Of a stretch of DNA of 32,000 bases, positions 27,376-32,000 are shown one piece after another. Source of the stretch: Phycisphaera mikurensis NBRC 102666 (GTDB lineage: Bacteria; Planctomycetota; Phycisphaerae; Phycisphaerales; Phycisphaeraceae); assembly GCF_000284115.1 (NCBI RefSeq), contig NC_017080.1, forward strand, positions 210,001-242,000, read 5' to 3'. Each line of letters begins with the position of its first letter. Position 1 is the first letter of the stretch. The notes under the pieces were generated by a model, which ran no database searches, was not told the DNA's origin, and saw only the letters and a program-made list of their open reading frames with translations. The translations under genes and the position numbers were made by a program.

Positions 27376-28359
27376 ATGGCTTCCCCCGTGCGCGACTTCA
27401 TCGAGTACCACTTCCTCCACTACAACGCGCGGGAGCTGACCGCCTGCGCCAACGGCTTCCGGGCTCACCTCGACGCCGGCGGCAAGATGATGGTCACCCT
27501 CGCGGGCGCGATGAGCACGGCCCGCATCGGCCGCTCGCTCGCGCCGATGATCCGCGCCGGTCATGTCCACGCCATCACCTGCACGGGCGCGAACCTCGAG
27601 GAAGACGTCTTCAACCTGCTCGCTTCCGACCGCTACGAGGCGCTTCCGCACTGGCGCTCGCTGTCGGCCGAGGACGAGGTCGCCCTCTACGAGCGCGGCA
27701 TGAACCGCGTCACCGACACCGCGATTCCCGAGGACGTGATGCGCGAGGTCGAGAAGCGGATGCACGTGCTCTGGGCCGCGGCCGCCGCGGACGGCCGCCG
27801 GCTCTTCCCCTACGAGATGTTCCGCGAGGTGCTCGGGCAGGAGGATCTCGCCGGGCACTTCGTCCTCGATCCGGCCGAGTCTTGGATGCTCGCCGCGAAG
27901 GAGGCCGGCATCCCGATCTACACGCCCGGCTGGGAGGACTCCACGATGGGCAACATGTTCACCGCCTGGTGCATGCGCGAAGGCCACGAGGCCCACCCGG
28001 TGCTCCGCTCCGGAACCGAGGCGCTGGCCGCGCTGGCCGCCTGGTACCGCGACGCCAGCGGGCCCGGCACCGGCCGCCCCAGCGTCGGCTTCTTCCAGAT
28101 CGGCGGCGGCATCGCCGGCGACTTCCCGATCTGCGCCGTGCCGATGCTCATCCAGGATCTGGAGGAGGCGGACACCCCGTTCTGGGGCTTCTTCGCCCAG
28201 ATCAGCGACGCGGTCACCAGCTACGGCGGCTACTCGGGCGCCGTGCCGAACGAGAAGATCACCTGGGGCAAGCTCGCGGCGAGCACGCCGAAGTTCATGA
28301 TCCAGAGCGACGCCACGATCGTGGCGCCGCTGATCTTCGCCCACGTGCTGGGCGACTGA
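27376..28359 (+). CDS. Deoxyhypusine synthase-like family protein
   Basis: MMVTLAGAMSTARIGRSLAPMIRAGHVHAITCTGANLEEDVFNLLA; GFFQIGGGIAGDF; C-terminal NEKITWGKLAASTPKFMIQSDATIVAPLIFAHVL with the WGK lysine region of DHS. Confidence 0.9.
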   Translation: MASPVRDFIEYHFLHYNARELTACANGFRAHLDAGGKMMVTLAGAMSTARIGRSLAPMIRAGHVHAITCTGANLEEDVFNLLASDRYEALPHWRSLSAEDEVALYERGMNRVTDTAIPEDVMREVEKRMHVLWAAAAADGRRLFPYEMFREVLGQEDLAGHFVLDPAESWMLAAKEAGIPIYTPGWEDSTMGNMFTAWCMREGHEAHPVLRSGTEALAALAAWYRDASGPGTGRPSVGFFQIGGGIAGDFPICAVPMLIQDLEEADTPFWGFFAQISDAVTSYGGYSGAVPNEKITWGKLAASTPKFMIQSDATIVAPLIFAHVLGD

Positions 28360-28388
28360 GCCACTCCAGCCTCCGTCGTCCGGTTGGT

Positions 28389-29042
28389 ATGCCCCGCCGA
28401 TGGCACGACCTGTACCGTCGCAAGATGCCGCCGCCGGACCCACAGCGGGAGCACGTGAGCCTGGCGGAGCGGGCTGCCATCGCGCAGCGGATCAAGTTGC
28501 GACTTCCCGATCTCTCGAGCTGGAGCGGCGTGCTCCACCGGGTTGCGTCGCCCGCGTTTGCACGGCAGGACGACCGCCTCGCGGGCGTCGGCGCCGCCCG
28601 GTTCGGCGGACGGTGGAACCCCCTTGGTCTGCAAGCGGTCTACGCCTCTTTCGAGGAGGCGACCGCTCTGGCAGAGAGCCAGAGCATCGAAGAGTTCTAC
28701 GGGCTCATCCCTGACGACCTGCGTCCCAAGACGCTCTTCCGCTTCAGGGCGGCGGGTCTTCGCGTGCTGGATCTGACCGAGGGCTCACTCCGCAACCGAC
28801 TCCGGATCGGTGAGAAGCGTCTGCTCGGGTGCGACTGGCGGCTGCCGCCGGATCGGAGCGACGATGGAGAACTCCTGGCCGAGCCGTTGACGCAGGCGGT
28901 CGGACGCGTCGCCGCCGAAGCCGGCGTTCACGCGCTCCGGGTCCCATCCACCCGGATCAGAGGGCGGCACAACCCCGTCGTCTTCCCACGCAATCTCCCA
29001 CAACCCGACATGCTCCAGACGCTGCACCCGAGCGACCTGTGA
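28389..29042 (+). CDS. RES-domain toxin
   Basis: GVLHRVASPAFA...GVGAARFGGRWNPLGLQAVYASFEEATALAES...ALRVPSTRIRGRHNPVVFPRN: RES Arg/Tyr/Glu/Ser pattern. Confidence 0.85.
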   Translation: MPRRWHDLYRRKMPPPDPQREHVSLAERAAIAQRIKLRLPDLSSWSGVLHRVASPAFARQDDRLAGVGAARFGGRWNPLGLQAVYASFEEATALAESQSIEEFYGLIPDDLRPKTLFRFRAAGLRVLDLTEGSLRNRLRIGEKRLLGCDWRLPPDRSDDGELLAEPLTQAVGRVAAEAGVHALRVPSTRIRGRHNPVVFPRNLPQPDMLQTLHPSDL

Positions 29043-29107
29043 CGAAGACCTGCAATTTTGCGTGCCTGCGCCTACGCTTGGGCACCGTGTCAGCCGAAAG
29101 CCTCCTG

Positions 29108-29533
29108 ATGCCTTCCGCACCTACCCGCGCCACAACACCGACGACCCGCACCGCTCCACCGGCTGGGAAATCTCCTCGGCGCTCCCAAGCCGGCGGGCAG
29201 ATCAGCCAACCTCTGCAGATCCGCAAGCTGCTGGGACTCACGCAGGAAAATGGAGCACGCCTGCTCGGCGTCAGCGTCCGCACGCTCAGTGGCTGGGAGG
29301 GCTCGTCGGGCAAACCCGTGCGCACCACGGGGCCCAACCGGCGACGCCTGGAGGAAGTGAACCGCCTCCAACGGTCGTTGAGCCGGATCTTGAAGGAGGA
29401 TCGCATCGGCCCGTGGCTGCTTCGAGCCAACCCCGCCTTCGATGGCAGGACGCCCCTCGACGTCATTGAAGCCGGCGAGAGCGACCGGCTCTGGCGGATG
29501 ATCCACGAGGTGGGAACGGGCAACCCAGGCTGA
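29108..29533 (+). CDS. Xre/MbcA/ParS-like antitoxin (DUF2384 C-terminus); GTG 29087 is an alternative start
   Basis: HTH IRKLLGLTQENGARLLGVSVRTLSGWE and C-terminal LLRANPAFDGRTPLDVIEAGESDRLWRMIHEVGTG. Confidence 0.8.
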   Translation: MPSAPTRATTPTTRTAPPAGKSPRRSQAGGQISQPLQIRKLLGLTQENGARLLGVSVRTLSGWEGSSGKPVRTTGPNRRRLEEVNRLQRSLSRILKEDRIGPWLLRANPAFDGRTPLDVIEAGESDRLWRMIHEVGTGNPG

Positions 29534-29598
29534 ATCCGAGCAACGCCAGCGCGGCGGGAGCAGCGGCACGCAGCGCCCGCCGCCTGCTGTGGGTCGGC

Positions 29599-30093
29599 GT
29601 GTTGCTCGTCCTCGCGGCGGTGCTGCTCGGCGCCGGGCTGTGCGGCCCGGCGATGACGATCGTGCCGGGCTTCGGGGAGCTCGAGGGCTGGGCCCGGCTG
29701 TTCGTGCCGGAGGACTTCACGCGGCCGAAGACCTTCAGCGTCGTGAGCGGGATCCTGGCCCTCTGGCACCACGGCGACCCGGCGATCGCGGCGCTGCTGG
29801 GGGCGTTCTCGATCGTCCTCCCGGTCGTGAAGCTCGCGGTGCTGGGCTACGGCCGCGGGAAGGTCGCCGCCGGCGGGCGGACGGGCTGGGTCTTCGACCT
29901 CGCCCATCATGCGGGGAAGTTCTCGATGCTCGACGTCGCCGTCATCGCCGTGCTGGTCGTCGCGGTCAAGGGCATGCCCGGCGGCACCGAGGTGGTCCCC
30001 GGCTGGGGCCTGTGGGCCTTCGCCGGCAGCGTCCTCCTGTCGATGATCGCGGGCATGGTGCTGGCGAGCGTGCCGACGCGGAGCGCCTTCTGA
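29599..30093 (+). CDS. Paraquat-inducible protein A (PqiA)-like membrane protein (5' end uncertain)
   Basis: LGAFSIVLPVVKLAVLGY...FDLAHHAGKFSMLDVAVIAVLVVAVKG; coding frame appears to extend upstream to about 29530. Confidence 0.7.
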   Translation: MLLVLAAVLLGAGLCGPAMTIVPGFGELEGWARLFVPEDFTRPKTFSVVSGILALWHHGDPAIAALLGAFSIVLPVVKLAVLGYGRGKVAAGGRTGWVFDLAHHAGKFSMLDVAVIAVLVVAVKGMPGGTEVVPGWGLWAFAGSVLLSMIAGMVLASVPTRSAF

Positions 30094-30252
30094 CCCGATG
30101 CGCCGGCCGGGCCGGCGGACCCGCCGCGTCTCGCGTGGCGCCGGCCGGCGCGAGGAGGCCGCTGGGCTCCACGGCCCCGGCCGGCTTGGTAGGTTGATCG
30201 CCGGAGAAGCTGGCGTTGCAGCTCTCCCGCTTCTTGAACCCTGGAGGCCGCG

Positions 30253-31047
30253 ATGAGCTCTCGAACCCGCGTCGTTCTGCTGACTCTGTTTTCCGGGGCT
30301 TGGGCCGCGAGCCCGGCCGGGGCCACGCCCGACTCGGGCTATGGCGTCCGCGTAGAGGCCGGCGGCTACGAGTCGCTGGACTTCGGCTTCACCGCCCTGC
30401 CCGCCGTCGATGGCGGAGAGTTCACGGCCTTCGCCGAGGCGGATCGGGAGATCTTCGGGCTCCGCGGCGAAGCGACGGCCTTCTACGAGGAGGGCTTGGG
30501 GTTCCTGCCGCGGCTGACCGCGTCGGCGGAGACCGTCGCGGCGCCCGGCGACCGGCTGGCGTCGGCGGCGACCGGCATCCAGGGGTTCCGCTTCGACGGG
30601 CAGGGGCCCACCGAGCTGGTCATCGACTACCAGCTCAGCGGCGACGTCACGCAGGGCAGCAACGCCGAGTCCTTCATCGGGGCCGACGTCTTCGTCTACC
30701 TCGGCTACGACGTGGCCTTCACCTCCCTGCTGAACCTGCGGACCGAGGAGGTCCCCGCCGAGGATCGGCTCGCGGAGTCCGTCCGGACGCTGACGGCTTC
30801 GGGGTCCATCAGCGACCAGCTCCGCTTCCTCATCCTGCCCGGCGAGGACTTCTACGTGGCGGCCGAGCTCGTCGCCTCCGCCGAGCGTGGCGGGGTCGCC
30901 GACGCCCGGAGCACCCTCACGCTCTCCTTCGAGGACACCACCGACTTGATCGCGGCCCTGCCGCTGAGCATCCCCGAGCCCGCCTCGGGCGCCGCGTTGC
31001 TGCTCGCCGGAGCCGGCCTGCTCCGCCGCCGCCAAGCGGAACGCTGA
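30253..31047 (+). CDS. PEP-CTERM sorting-domain exported protein
   Basis: N-terminal signal peptide; C-terminal IPEPASGAALLLAGAGLLRRRQAER; GGAGG upstream of ATG. Confidence 0.85.
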   Translation: MSSRTRVVLLTLFSGAWAASPAGATPDSGYGVRVEAGGYESLDFGFTALPAVDGGEFTAFAEADREIFGLRGEATAFYEEGLGFLPRLTASAETVAAPGDRLASAATGIQGFRFDGQGPTELVIDYQLSGDVTQGSNAESFIGADVFVYLGYDVAFTSLLNLRTEEVPAEDRLAESVRTLTASGSISDQLRFLILPGEDFYVAAELVASAERGGVADARSTLTLSFEDTTDLIAALPLSIPEPASGAALLLAGAGLLRRRQAER

Positions 31048-31157
31048 GCCCGCTTCGACGGCTTGCGTGGCTCGGACCCGACCGGGCGGTCGCTCGGCTC
31101 CGTTACGCCTTCCCGCTCTCCGCGATCCAGCGGGGGACTGCCCCGGCGCCGCTGGAC

Positions 31158-31203
31158 CCGCGGACCGTCGCTCGTTTCGGCTGAAAGCGTCGGCGGTCCG
31201 CGG
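31158..31203. repeat. 46-bp palindromic element, copy D
   Basis: CCGCGGACCG - TCGCTCGTTTCGGCTGAAAGCGTCGG - CGGTCCGCGG; 4 bp from the stop of the downstream minus-strand gene. Confidence 0.8.
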
Positions 31204-31207
31204 ATGC

Positions 31208-32000
31208 TCAGCCCATCAGCTTCCGGAAGCTCTTCTCGATGCCCTCGGGGTCGAGGCCCTGGAAGCCCATCTGGCGCCAGAGGCCGCCCGAGCCCTCGGC
31301 GTGGGTGCCGATGTGGTCGTAGCGGCCGGTGAAGCCGGCCTTCAGAAGCATCGAGCCGAAGCGGGAGCCCAGGCCGGTCTTGACGTTGAGCTCCTCGGCG
31401 ACGAGCACACGCGGGGCGGCGGCGAGCTTGCTCATCATCGCGTCGTCGGTGGTGTTGAGGCAGGCCTTGTTCACGAGGCCGACCTTCTTGCCATCTCCGC
31501 GGAGCGCCTCGACCGCGGCGAGGGCGCGGTGCAGGGTGGCGCCGAAGCTGACGATCACGCCGTCGGAGAAATCGTCGCGGATGGCGTCGTCGGTGCCCGG
31601 CTCGAAGGACCGGCCCGCGTAGAACCGCGAGCCGTCCTCGGCGAGGATCCACGGCAGCTTGCTGCGGTTGGAGAACACGAAGCGGAGGCCGACGTCGTCG
31701 AAGACCCGCTTCACGCAGGCTTCGAACTGGGCGGGGTCCCCGGGGAAGTAGAGACGCGTCGTGTCCGCGTGGCTGTCGGGGGAGTGGTCCGTGTCGGCGG
31801 GCGCCCCCGGGATGCCGCCGTCGGCGAAGAAGTGGTTGATGCCGAAGTGGCACGTGTTGTCGGCCATGTCGTCCACGCCGGAGTGGCTGAAGTGGCAGAG
31901 CACGTTGCTCTGGTTCAGCCGCGCCATCGTGATCTCGGAGATGCACATCTCCAGGAAGGCCGAGAAGGTGGAGAAGACCCCCTGCCGTCCCTCCTCCATG
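31208..32000 (-). CDS. Transketolase-like protein, C-terminal part (5' end beyond window)
   Basis: LCHFSHSGVDDMADNTCHFGINHFFADGG...DTTRLYFPGDPAQFEACVKRVFDDVGLRFVFSNRSKLPWI and C-terminal VLVAEELNVKTGLGSRFGSMLLKAGFTGRYDHIGTHAEGSG. Confidence 0.75.
   Translation of the reverse strand, partial: MEEGRQGVFSTFSAFLEMCISEITMARLNQSNVLCHFSHSGVDDMADNTCHFGINHFFADGGIPGAPADTDHSPDSHADTTRLYFPGDPAQFEACVKRVFDDVGLRFVFSNRSKLPWILAEDGSRFYAGRSFEPGTDDAIRDDFSDGVIVSFGATLHRALAAVEALRGDGKKVGLVNKACLNTTDDAMMSKLAAAPRVLVAEELNVKTGLGSRFGSMLLKAGFTGRYDHIGTHAEGSGGLWRQMGFQGLDPEGIEKSFRKLMG

Noticed and set aside
25938-28388. Upstream portion of the 1034-aa plus-strand ORF
   Set aside because: Overlaps the MATE and DHS genes out of frame; only the final 217 aa (RES domain) shows a protein family signature.
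28957-31035. 692-aa minus-strand ORF
   Set aside because: Antisense to Xre, PqiA-like and PEP-CTERM genes.

Overview
This is a very GC-rich bacterial window. Gene content suggests a planctomycete of Phycisphaerae type (my inference, not tested). Main content, left to right: the 3' end of an acyl-CoA/AMP-dependent synthetase and a coupled lipoprotein; a CPA1-type cation/proton antiporter; a partial F-type ATP synthase operon (atpB-E-F-H-A, with no atpG/D/C following); a GH4 glycosidase divergent from an AraC regulator; an FtsJ-type methyltransferase coupled to a large secreted low-complexity/helical-repeat protein; a PfkB kinase; a GT3 (eukaryote-type) glycogen synthase; an ankyrin protein; a thioredoxin-like protein; greA; two PEP-CTERM proteins; a pseudopilin-like H-X9-DG protein; rpsU; a membrane pyrophosphatase with a large insertion; a DUF2784 protein; cysteine synthase; an HExxH-containing small protein; a MATE transporter; a deoxyhypusine synthase-like protein; a RES toxin / Xre-MbcA-like antitoxin pair in toxin-first order; a PqiA-like protein; and a partial transketolase-like gene. 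The most notable non-coding signals are (1) a dispersed palindromic element, five copies of exactly 46 bp bounded by CCGCGGAC[C/G]G ... CGGTCCGCGG, one inside a signal-peptide region and one spanning a stop codon, and (2) two related purine/pyrimidine-rich (GAAGCGAAGAAG...CTTCTTCGCTTCCCC) long inverted-repeat elements, one between atpB and atpE and one after the pyrophosphatase gene. All product calls come from reading motifs by eye; no database search was run.
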